Positions 46,187 to 54,711 of a stretch of 64,000 nt of DNA are shown piece after piece. The notes beneath the pieces were generated by a model. The model saw only the letters and a list, made by a program, of their open reading frames with translations. It made no database searches and was not told the DNA's origin. Location of the stretch: contig JAKQSI010000090.1 in NCBI GenBank assembly GCA_029570205.1, forward strand, positions 37,674 through 101,673, read 5' to 3'. The stretch's first letter is position 1; each line of letters opens with the position of its first letter. The translations under genes were made by a program, and so were the position numbers. The stretch is from Candidatus Omnitrophota bacterium. Lineage in GTDB: Bacteria > Hinthialibacterota > Hinthialibacteria > Hinthialibacterales > JAKPRU01.

Positions 46187-46837
46187 GTGGGCGAACGGAT
46201 TCTGGTTATTCAACGCGAGGCCCTCCCGGCAGGATTGCCCCGAAAGGGATTCTGGGCCTGCCCTGAAAAGGCGGCATTGGACTCAATGCAAACCTATCGG
46301 TTCCTGGACCGCACCCCCGCCGAGAAAGACCCTTCTTTCAAGCAGATTATTACATATATTGTGCTTCGTTGCGGCGATTCGATCTTCCGATATTGGCGGA
46401 CAAAAAAAGCCGGGGAGTCACGCCTTCACCATCTCTATTCCATTGGTGTCGGGGGACATATCAATGAACGCGATGTCAACCTGTTCAGCTCTTCGGTGGA
46501 TGAAGTTCTGAAGGAAGCCGCCATGCGCGAATTGCGGGAGGAAGTGGTTGTTCCCATGGGAAGTCGCCCGCATTTCGAGGGACTATTGAATGATGATGAA
46601 ACGGAAGTCGGTCAGGTGCATCTCGGAATGGTTTTCTCCTGCGAGGTGGATCGAGTAAAAGTCGCCATTCGTGAAACCGGCGCTCTCGCCAGGGGAGAAT
46701 GGATACAATCCCACAAACTTCCCGATGGTGTGGACTATGAAACCTGGTCGGAAATCCTGATTCGAGACTGGCTCCTGGCGGATCGGTCCGAAGACGGGTC
46801 TGAACCTGCCCCGCTTGGGCCGAAAATGGCCCAATAA
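46187..46837 (+). CDS. NUDIX-like hydrolase domain protein (diverged)
   Basis: GGHINERDVNLFSSSVDEVLKEAAMRELREEVVV approximates the Nudix box G-x5-E-x7-REUxEExGU. Confidence 0.4.
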   Translation: MGERILVIQREALPAGLPRKGFWACPEKAALDSMQTYRFLDRTPAEKDPSFKQIITYIVLRCGDSIFRYWRTKKAGESRLHHLYSIGVGGHINERDVNLFSSSVDEVLKEAAMRELREEVVVPMGSRPHFEGLLNDDETEVGQVHLGMVFSCEVDRVKVAIRETGALARGEWIQSHKLPDGVDYETWSEILIRDWLLADRSEDGSEPAPLGPKMAQ

Positions 46838-47173
46838 TTGCTTCTCCAAAATGTGAGCGTTACTGAAACAACCGGCAGGGCGTTTTGTACGCTGTGCAAC
46901 CGATTATCGGTTGCCGAAATCTTCTATCTTGAAGGATGAGGTTCGTATCATGACATCCTATGCAAGAGATATGTGTTTTATTCTGGCATTTGTGTTTGTC
47001 GCCACGGCGGGCCTGGTTGGCCTGGGCATTGAACTGATCGGCGGGTAGCTGACACACCGCTCAAACATCGCTTTATGTTTTTACGGACTGGGTTCCTGCA
47101 AATGGCTCTGGAGCAGGCGCTTTCTTCCGCTTCGTACACCGGTCCGATTTGTCCACTGTATTCGCTGCAACCC

Positions 47174-48631
47174 TTACAGCGCACGGAAGCTGGGGACACT
47201 CGATGCCCCATATTCGCGCAAAAGGGCCTGCAAGCGCTTCTCCATTTCTATTCGAACTTCAAATGAAGCGGCGTTCTCAATCAGATTGACCATCTCGCGC
47301 GGATCATTCTTCAGGTCGTATAGCTCGTTCAAATCGAAAATCCCGTGGTACCACATATACTTGTATTCATCGGTGCGAACGCCCAGAACCGTCGGAGTCT
47401 GGGGAAATGATTCTTCCCAGAAATACTCGTAGAGAAACGCATCCCGCCATTCCGGCTGTTCGCCCCGCGCGAGCGGCAGAAAAGATTTCCCCTGGACCGT
47501 ATTGGGAATGGAGAGTCCGGCCGCATCCAGAACGGTCGGCGCGACATCGAGATTCAACACCATCTGCTTGTTGCGCTGCCCCGCCGGAATCATCTCCGGG
47601 CAATGGGCAATCATCGGAACACGAATGGATTCCTCATACATGCACCGCTTGTCGATCAAGCCGTGCTCTCCGAAAAGAAATCCGTTGTCTCCCATGAATA
47701 GAATCAGCGTGGAGTCCAGCAAGCCCAGCTCCTCCAGTGTCTTCATCAATTCTCCGATACTGTCATCCACACTGAGCATGGTTCGGTTATAGCCGAGAAC
47801 AAACTCCTCATAGGTGATCGTGTCGTGAAACATGTAGTCCACGCCGTGCCAGCTATGCCGTTGCCGACGGACCCAGCGTGGTTTCCCGGCGTAATTCTCT
47901 TCCGTATCCGCCATGGAAGCAGGACGCGGAATTGTCACATCCGCGTAAGCATTCTTGTGGCGTTCCGGCGGCTCGAACATCGCATGAACCGCCTTGTGGG
48001 AGAGATACAGGCAGAACGGCGCATTGCGTTCTTTGCGCAGCCATTCCACTGCATACTCGGTCAGCAGATCGGAAATATGTCCCCGGAGGTCCACCGATTT
48101 GCCGTTGATATTGAATGTCGGATTGAGATACACCCCCTGGCCGCGAAAACTGATCCAATGGTTGAACCCCGGACGCGGGCTGTCGGCGCTGCCGCCCATG
48201 TGCCATTTCCCGATGAAGGCCGTGTCGTATCCGGCCTTTTGCAGTTCAATAGGGAAAGTAGGCGTATTTTCGGGCAACAGTGTGGAATTGTTCGACACGC
48301 CGTGAACATGCGCGTATTGCCCGCTGAGACATGTCGCCCGGCTTGGCGAACAGAGCGCCGTAGTCACAAAGGCGTTCTCGAACAGCGCCCCGTTTTGCGC
48401 CAATCGGTCCAGATGCGGCGTTTGCAGAAACGGATGTCCCATGCAACTCATGGAGTCGTAGCGCATATCGTCGATGAGAATGAAAATGATGTTGCGTCTA
48501 CTCTGTGAAGCGGCCGGCGTCTGGGACAGAGAACCGATGAACGGAAAGGACGCTCCCGCCGCACCGGCCAGACTCAGGAAATTGCGTCGGTTCAAGCCCG
48601 CATTGCTTAGAGATTGTTTTGCAGTTCCCAT
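47174..48631 (-). CDS. Cys-type sulfatase, Tat-exported
   Basis: 485 aa. Tat motif NRRNFLSLAGAAGA. Signature C-S-P-S-R-ATCLSG. N-terminal block IFILIDDMRYD. Confidence 0.9.
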   Translation of the reverse strand: MGTAKQSLSNAGLNRRNFLSLAGAAGASFPFIGSLSQTPAASQSRRNIIFILIDDMRYDSMSCMGHPFLQTPHLDRLAQNGALFENAFVTTALCSPSRATCLSGQYAHVHGVSNNSTLLPENTPTFPIELQKAGYDTAFIGKWHMGGSADSPRPGFNHWISFRGQGVYLNPTFNINGKSVDLRGHISDLLTEYAVEWLRKERNAPFCLYLSHKAVHAMFEPPERHKNAYADVTIPRPASMADTEENYAGKPRWVRRQRHSWHGVDYMFHDTITYEEFVLGYNRTMLSVDDSIGELMKTLEELGLLDSTLILFMGDNGFLFGEHGLIDKRCMYEESIRVPMIAHCPEMIPAGQRNKQMVLNLDVAPTVLDAAGLSIPNTVQGKSFLPLARGEQPEWRDAFLYEYFWEESFPQTPTVLGVRTDEYKYMWYHGIFDLNELYDLKNDPREMVNLIENAASFEVRIEMEKRLQALLREYGASSVPSFRAL

Positions 48632-49356
48632 CGTTTCTCCGCCCGTCCTATCTCCTGGGGTGTGGCCCCCAGGGTTTTGAGGATTTCACGGGCCATCAGC
48701 CGATATCCTTTGGGATTCATGTGAACCCCATCCGTGGTGAGGACATTTTCTGTGGTTCGTTTCTGTCGGTATTGTTTGAGGAACGCATCGAAAAGATCGC
48801 AAAGAAGCAGTTTCTTTTCTTTGGCCAGGTCGCGAAGAAAAGCATTATATTCCGCCAGTTTGATGTTCTCCGCCCCGTCGGGATTCTCGAAAATCGGAGT
48901 CGCCGTGAGAAGCAGAATCTCGATCCCGGCCGCCCGGCAGCGCTCGACTATCTCCGTCATGTTCTTTTGATAGTCTTCCAGCGGAATACCCTGCGGCGGC
49001 GTGTGATTGAAATGCCACACATCGTTCACGCCACATGAGATGCTCACCCAATCCGGCTTCTTGTCGATTACATCGGTTTGCAGTCGGGCCAACATGTCAT
49101 TCGACTTATGTCCGCTGATGCCCGCGTTCAGAGATTCCACTTCGTACCCGTTCACCTCGCAGAACAGCCGGAACAGAGTGATATATCCTTCTGCAGTCGT
49201 TCCCGCCTCGGTGATACTGTCGCCCAGAAAAACAATCCGATCCCCGTCTCGAAGGATGAAGGATTTCGGCGGATCGGCAGCGCTCCCATCGGGACTACCG
49301 ATTGGAATCGCCGTACATCCGAGTACGAGATGAAGAAGGATTCTCTTCGATGTCAT
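48607..49356 (-). CDS. SGNH/GDSL-family hydrolase (esterase/lipase-like), secreted
   Basis: 249 aa. Signal peptide. Block I FLGDSITE; the C-terminal DGVHMN matches the D-x-x-H catalytic block. Start overlaps the sulfatase 3' end by 25 bp. Confidence 0.85.
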   Translation of the reverse strand: MTSKRILLHLVLGCTAIPIGSPDGSAADPPKSFILRDGDRIVFLGDSITEAGTTAEGYITLFRLFCEVNGYEVESLNAGISGHKSNDMLARLQTDVIDKKPDWVSISCGVNDVWHFNHTPPQGIPLEDYQKNMTEIVERCRAAGIEILLLTATPIFENPDGAENIKLAEYNAFLRDLAKEKKLLLCDLFDAFLKQYRQKRTTENVLTTDGVHMNPKGYRLMAREILKTLGATPQEIGRAEKRWELQNNL

Positions 49357-49477
49357 TTCTCTGTCCTTTCACACAAATGTTTGGGCAACCACGGGGGGCT
49401 GCCCAAACGAATCCTATCGCCGGTAGGGGCAGACCCCCGTGCCTGCCCGATTGCGTTCGCGCCTGCCCGATTATGAT

Positions 49478-50635
49478 CTACTTCTCCTTCAATGACAGAA
49501 TCCACGGCACAATCACGTCCGTCTCCGCTTCTGTGAGAGCGAAACTCCCCATGGCTCCTATCGGATTTTCGCGTATCCCTAACTGTTTCGCATTGTCCGT
49601 CGATGGATTCAGCAGCCAGACACGCAGGGTTTCACGGCTCCGTTTCGCCGCGTCTTCCAACGGTCCCCCCACACCACCACCTGCCGCTCCCCGGTCGCCG
49701 ACAGAATGACAGGCCAGGCAGGTCTTCGCCGTCAGAATGCTCTCCACTCCTTCCATCGACACATTCTCCGAAACCGGTTGGCGGAATCCGTAGATACTTG
49801 AGAGAGCCTCCAGGAGCGCATTCACCTGTCCCGGAGTCAGGTGGACTCCCGCCATGTCACCCGTCGGATTCTCCCGGATATTGAACTGCTTCGCATTCTG
49901 CTCGGTCGGTTCCAGCAGGAATTCCCGCAACTCGTCCTCTGTGCGGCTCGCTACGGCTTCCAACCCTCCGCCGGGATTCGGCTGCCCCTCGCCGTTCATC
50001 GAATGACAGACCAGGCACCCCATCATCGACACACGCTGTTCCGTCGGCATGGATCCCAAGTCCAGGAAAACCTGTGCCTGCCTGTGCGCCGAGAATGTCA
50101 CGAGGGACAGCAATGGAAATACGCCCGCAAGGATGAAAAGCGGTGTCGAAAACGGTCGAAGACAATCTTTCAATTTCCGAAACACAACTACACAAATCCC
50201 CGCTCCACCGACCAATACCATGAACCAGACCAATTTATCGAACCAGCCGGGAAACGGTACATAATGCGGGGTCGGGTGGAGAAGAAGGATAATCCAGGAG
50301 AGAGCCAGAAAAATCGCGCCTGCGCGAAGCGAGGCAAAACGGTCCTCCAGCGAAAGCGCCCCCACCGCAAGGCCGCTGCCGACAATCAGTCCCAACGATC
50401 CGATCGCAAACATCTCGGCGGCGTCCCCTGCCATCAGCCTGGCCCAGTAAATCGTCTCGTTCTGTCGAACATGGAGCAGTACAAACCAGCAGCAGGCCAG
50501 CGTCAACGGCCCCATGATCGAAGCGATCAGCGCGCCGATCTCTTTCCAGAGAGGCTTTTTCGCAAGTCCGCCCGCAAGAATAACCAGCCCGCCCAAAGCA
50601 AACAAAACCAGCCCGGTCTCTATAAGCCAAATCAT
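49478..50635 (-). CDS. Membrane-anchored di-haem c-type cytochrome
   Basis: 385 aa. N-terminal polytopic domain. Two CxxCH sites (CLVCHS, CLACHS), each followed by an internally duplicated NAKQ(F/L).IRENP.G.M block. Confidence 0.75.
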   Translation of the reverse strand: MIWLIETGLVLFALGGLVILAGGLAKKPLWKEIGALIASIMGPLTLACCWFVLLHVRQNETIYWARLMAGDAAEMFAIGSLGLIVGSGLAVGALSLEDRFASLRAGAIFLALSWIILLLHPTPHYVPFPGWFDKLVWFMVLVGGAGICVVVFRKLKDCLRPFSTPLFILAGVFPLLSLVTFSAHRQAQVFLDLGSMPTEQRVSMMGCLVCHSMNGEGQPNPGGGLEAVASRTEDELREFLLEPTEQNAKQFNIRENPTGDMAGVHLTPGQVNALLEALSSIYGFRQPVSENVSMEGVESILTAKTCLACHSVGDRGAAGGGVGGPLEDAAKRSRETLRVWLLNPSTDNAKQLGIRENPIGAMGSFALTEAETDVIVPWILSLKEK

Positions 50636-50686
50636 AAGGATATTCCTCCTGGAGATTTCCGGCGGGTCACAAGCCCGCCTCCGTGG

Positions 50687-51727
50687 TCAGGGTAGTTTCG
50701 GTTCTTTCACAACCGGATATTCGCCGGAAAGCGCTTTCATAAACTCCACAAGTTGATCGATCTCATCCGGTGTCAATTTCGGCATGGCACGGAAAATCGG
50801 AAACAGGTTGGGATTATCCCGCCCGCCGGCGGCCATGAACCGAACCGCCTCGTCCAGGTTTTTGACACTGCCGTCGTGGAAATACGGCGCAGTGTTGGCG
50901 ATTTCCCGAAGCGCCGGGGCACGAAATGCTCCCTTGTCCGACTCAAGACCGGTCACCTTCATCCGTCCCAAATCCGGCTCTTTCTTGTCCATGCCCACAC
51001 CGGCATTGTAAAAACTCGCCCCGGTAAACAGCGGAGGCGTATGGCAGGTGATGCACAGCGCTTTCCCCTTGAACAGTTCGTATCCGGCTTTCGCCTTCGG
51101 GCTGAGCGCATTACTGTCACCATTTACGAATTTGTCATAAGGAGAGTTCCCGGACAGGATGGTTCGCTCGAACGCCGCAATGGCCTTTGTAATGGTGTCT
51201 TTGCTCGCGGGCGCTCCGAAAACCTGCTGAAATCGCTTCTGATACTCCGGAATGGTATTCAGATCGGCAGCGACATCGGCCATCTTCGCTCCCATTTCAA
51301 TGGGATTCTCCACCGGGCCGCCTGCCTGGTGCTCCAGATCGGGTTCACGCCCGTCCCAGAACATCGTGCTCATGTACGCGGTGTTGATTACAGTCGGCGC
51401 ATTCCGGTTTCCTTTTTTGCCGTCGATCCCTTCGGAAACCGGCTTTGGTTCGGCATAAGCGTAGTCCGGGATATGACAAGTTGCGCAGGAAATGTCCTTT
51501 TTCTTGCTGAGGCGCTTGTCGAAATAAAGCATCCTGCCCAGTTCGACCTTCTCAACCGTCATCGGATTGTCCGCGGGAATCGGCGCCGGACGAAGCCCCA
51601 GCGGAACCTGAATCTCGTAGGGAGTCTGAGCCGACACCGTTGAAGTACCGATACAGATAGCGAACAACGCTCCTGCCGCAAGGACAACAACCATTGTCAA
51701 CGGAGAAACGCTGAATTTCCGATCCAT
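50687..51727 (-). CDS. Di-haem cytochrome c peroxidase (CCP/MauG family)
   Basis: Two haem sites, CATCHIP and CITCHTP. CCP blocks GRMLYFDKRLS, FWDGREPDLEHQAGGP and PYFHDGSV. The ATG at 51727 starts MDRKFSV; the ORF-track start at 51754 adds 9 aa. Confidence 0.9.
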   Translation of the reverse strand: MDRKFSVSPLTMVVVLAAGALFAICIGTSTVSAQTPYEIQVPLGLRPAPIPADNPMTVEKVELGRMLYFDKRLSKKKDISCATCHIPDYAYAEPKPVSEGIDGKKGNRNAPTVINTAYMSTMFWDGREPDLEHQAGGPVENPIEMGAKMADVAADLNTIPEYQKRFQQVFGAPASKDTITKAIAAFERTILSGNSPYDKFVNGDSNALSPKAKAGYELFKGKALCITCHTPPLFTGASFYNAGVGMDKKEPDLGRMKVTGLESDKGAFRAPALREIANTAPYFHDGSVKNLDEAVRFMAAGGRDNPNLFPIFRAMPKLTPDEIDQLVEFMKALSGEYPVVKEPKLP

Positions 51728-52003
51728 TTTGTTGCACCTCCACGGGAGATTCAAAAAGATGACCGATTCTATCGAATTCTCCCGGGAAAGTCACTATCCG
51801 TCGTCTGCCGAAATCGCCGGATTCATCGTCCCCCATAAACACCATGGATACCCTTCTGCCTCCTATTCTGATTCAATAATGTTCTGTAATCGGATTGTTC
51901 TACAGAAACTCCAGGCCGTCGCATTTCGAAAAGTTCCCTCTTCTCCCTCTCCCTTTGAGATAGGATTGGGGTGAGGGTTCTTGCAGCACAACAGAGTTTT
52001 CTC

Positions 52004-52939
52004 ATGTCAGGAGATCCTGCCATTTCTCATTTCACGGAACGAGCGGGCGATCCCCATACCGATGTGGTCCTTCGCGTTACCTGGATCGGCCTGGCGATCA
52101 ACACGGTCCTGTTCGCATTCAAATTATTCGCGGGGATCATCGGCCGCAGCCAGGTGGTGGTGGCGGACGCCATTCACAGTCTATCGGACAGCAGCACAGA
52201 TGTGGCGATTGTGATCGGCGTTCGCTATTGGTCACAGCCTCCCGATGAGAATCATCCGCACGGTCATCGGCGAATCGAGACCGTCATCACGGCGTTCATT
52301 GCGCTCGCGTTGGGCGCTGTCGGAGTTGGATTGATCTATAACGGCTTGGTAACCCTGCATGAGCGGCACGAAGAACCTCCCGGCTGGATCGCGTTCATCG
52401 CGGCAGTCATCTCAATTGTTACAAAGGAAATCCTGTATCGCTGGACCATCTCGGTGGGGCGTCGCATCCGATCCCAGGCGATGATCGCGAACGCCTGGCA
52501 TCATCGTTCGGATGCCTTCAGCTCCATTCCTGCCGCCCTGGCTGTGGCCGGCGCGGCCATCCATCCCTCCTGGTCCTTTCTGGATCATGTAGGCGCCGTG
52601 GTGGTCTCGCTGTTTATTCTTCAGGCCGCCTGGAAATTAGGCTGGCCTGCATTGCAGCAGCTGATCGATTCGGGAGCCTCCCGGGTGGATTGCGAACAAA
52701 TTCGCGCCATCGCTCTCGCCACAGAAAACGTTATTGCCGTCCACGCTATTCGGACTCGCCATATCGGTTCCGGCCTTCAGGTTGATCTTCACGTCCTCGT
52801 GGATGGCGCGATGACTGTCCGCGAAGGACATAATATCTCCCGCGAGGTGAAACGTCGCCTGCTGGAAATGGGACCGGATATCGCGGATGTTGTGGTTCAC
52901 CTGGAACCTTACGAGGAATCCCAGAAAGATCGCCGGTGA
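52004..52939 (+). CDS. Cation diffusion facilitator family transporter (CzcD/FieF-like)
   Basis: CDF signature region (ADAIHSLSDSSTDVAIVIGV), the HPHGHRR loop, and a C-terminal cytoplasmic domain. ATG at 52004; the ORF-track GTG at 51971 is the alternative start. Confidence 0.85.
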   Translation: MSGDPAISHFTERAGDPHTDVVLRVTWIGLAINTVLFAFKLFAGIIGRSQVVVADAIHSLSDSSTDVAIVIGVRYWSQPPDENHPHGHRRIETVITAFIALALGAVGVGLIYNGLVTLHERHEEPPGWIAFIAAVISIVTKEILYRWTISVGRRIRSQAMIANAWHHRSDAFSSIPAALAVAGAAIHPSWSFLDHVGAVVVSLFILQAAWKLGWPALQQLIDSGASRVDCEQIRAIALATENVIAVHAIRTRHIGSGLQVDLHVLVDGAMTVREGHNISREVKRRLLEMGPDIADVVVHLEPYEESQKDRR

Positions 52940-53148
52940 TTCTTGCCTTAACACGGATGCGGCAAGGCGCTATGTTTCTCACAAGGCAATGTTGTTCAGT
53001 CAGGGAGGGCGAGGCTCCTGCCGAGCCGCGAATGACAGGAAAATCGGCTTGGCAGGAGCCTTGCTTTGCCGAACTGCATGACATGGCCTGAACGGGATGT
53101 CGTGCCTAGCACAGCCCGAAAAATCACCCTATGGAAAGAGGTTGTCTT

Positions 53149-53925
53149 ATGTCCGTTATCGGTATCATTCCGTCCCGCTATGGTTCCACCCGTCTTCCCG
53201 GCAAGCCCCTGGCCCTGATTGCAGGTAAAAGCCTGGTCCGGCGTGTCTATGAACAGGCCCGGAAATGCAAAACACTGGACATGGTTTGCGTGGCCACTGA
53301 TGACCAGCGAATCGTGGATGAGGTAAAACGGATCGGGGGCCACGCGGTCATGACCTCGCCCAACCACCCCTCCGGAACCGATCGGATCGCCGAGACTGTC
53401 ACTATTCTCGAAAAAGACGGTATTACTCCCCCGGAAATTGTGGTGAATATCCAGGGTGATATGCCCTTTGTCGATCCCCGTATGATCGATGAACTGGTCG
53501 AACCCATGCTGGCGGATCCTTCCATCCCGATGGGAACCTCGGTGTACCGCATCATGTGCGAGGAGGACTATCACAACCCCGCCGTCGTAAAAACCGTAAT
53601 GGATCTCAATGGGTTCGCCATGTACTTCTCACGGTCCTTAATTCCTTATCCGCGCATGAAAACCGGCATCCCGGTTTATGACCACCTGGGTATCTACGTT
53701 TACCGGCGAGACTTTCTTTTCACACTTGCCCAATTGAGTCCCACACCATTAGAGAAAGAAGAATCGCTCGAACAGCTTCGTGTTCTGGAACACGGGTACA
53801 AGATCCGGGTAGTGAAAACAGCCTGTGCGGATGCCACTTTCCTTGGTTTCGCTATCGACACTCCCGAGGACATCAAACGCGCGGAGGAGATGCTGCAAGA
53901 ACGCGGGATCAAGGACCCGGAATAG
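53149..53925 (+). CDS. kdsB: 3-deoxy-manno-octulosonate cytidylyltransferase (CMP-Kdo synthetase)
   Basis: MSVIGIIPSRYGSTRLPGKPL, TDDQRI and NIQGDMPFVDP blocks. The ATG at 53149 follows gaaagagg. Confidence 0.9.
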   Translation: MSVIGIIPSRYGSTRLPGKPLALIAGKSLVRRVYEQARKCKTLDMVCVATDDQRIVDEVKRIGGHAVMTSPNHPSGTDRIAETVTILEKDGITPPEIVVNIQGDMPFVDPRMIDELVEPMLADPSIPMGTSVYRIMCEEDYHNPAVVKTVMDLNGFAMYFSRSLIPYPRMKTGIPVYDHLGIYVYRRDFLFTLAQLSPTPLEKEESLEQLRVLEHGYKIRVVKTACADATFLGFAIDTPEDIKRAEEMLQERGIKDPE

Positions 53926-53960
53926 AAACCGGCGGGGCTGACCGCCAGACGTGGGTATAG

Positions 53961-54000
53961 CCCTCTCTCACCGCAACCCTCTTCCGGCGGGAGAGAGAGA
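53961..54000. repeat. Copy of GC-rich hairpin repeat family A (ccctctc...ggcgggagag)
   Basis: ccctctctcaccgcaaccctcttccggcgggagagagag. It is followed by the hairpin gcaggggcaattcacgaattgcccctgc and then a family B copy. Confidence 0.5.
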
Positions 54001-54045
54001 AAAGATTTCGTCGAATGCAGGGGCAATTCACGAATTGCCCCTGCA

Positions 54046-54076
54046 TTCATTCCGGTAAAGGCCGGAATCCAGGCTA
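54046..54076 (+). repeat. Copy of dispersed GC-rich hairpin repeat family B
   Basis: attcattccggtaaaggccggaatccaggctat. Confidence 0.6.
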
Positions 54077-54105
54077 TTGTGTCGTCGTGCGGCAAAATCC
54101 CAACG

Positions 54106-54531
54106 TCACTTGTACGATTCCCAGTCGGAAACCGCCGATGGTTCCTGGTAGGGGCCTGTCTCGATGGGAGCATTCGGCAGCGCGGCGAATGAGGAATACT
54201 TGCCCATATTGGCGACGCGGGCAAATCCCTTCGATTCCAGAAAACTCGCGGCGCTTGCAGAGCGTGACCCGAATGCACAGTAGACAATAATCAACTTGTC
54301 TGCCGGCAGCTCATTCCATCGTTCCTGAAGCACGCCGCCGAACCACGGCATGAGAATGCTTCCCGCGACATGCCCGCTTTCGTACTCGGCAGGTTCACGC
54401 ACATCCAGAAAGATGGCATCCGGCGAGTTGACATACGCCAGCGCCTCCTGGGCTGTGATCGACTGGACGACGGATACTACAGCGTTCGACAAGAGATACG
54501 ATAAACAGGTGAGTATAAACTTCCGAACCAT
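54106..54531 (-). CDS. Rhodanese-domain protein (sulfurtransferase-like), secreted
   Basis: ATG at 54531 (MVRKFILTCLSYLL signal). Rhodanese blocks IFLDVREPAEYESGHVAGS and the active-site loop YCAFGSRS. Confidence 0.7.
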   Translation of the reverse strand: MVRKFILTCLSYLLSNAVVSVVQSITAQEALAYVNSPDAIFLDVREPAEYESGHVAGSILMPWFGGVLQERWNELPADKLIIVYCAFGSRSASAASFLESKGFARVANMGKYSSFAALPNAPIETGPYQEPSAVSDWESYK

Positions 54532-54711
54532 GGTTCGGCCCTTTCCATTCCATTCGAATGGCGGGTCTCCCCGCGCTCTTAAAAAATATAACATATCGTG
54601 TGAAATCCCTGGAGTGCGGGAGCGCAGCTCCCGCCTATCCGTCTCTTGGAAATACCGTCCCCGATGGAGTACATTCCAGATCCTATATCTTCACATCGGA
54701 GGGATCGAACC

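Noticed and set aside
50753-51643. 296-aa plus-strand ORF, and 33956..34774 (272 aa, -), 8976..9626 (216 aa, -), 13237..14025 (262 aa, -)
   Set aside because: All are Arg-rich antisense frames inside confidently assigned genes (CCP, the 785-aa secreted protein, the histidine kinase, and the 283-aa hypothetical).
51755-51970. Possible NiCo (czcD) riboswitch upstream of the CDF transporter
   Set aside because: I could not recognise the conserved czcD-motif core by eye, and this motif is mostly found in Firmicutes. It is recorded only as something to test with Infernal/Rfam.
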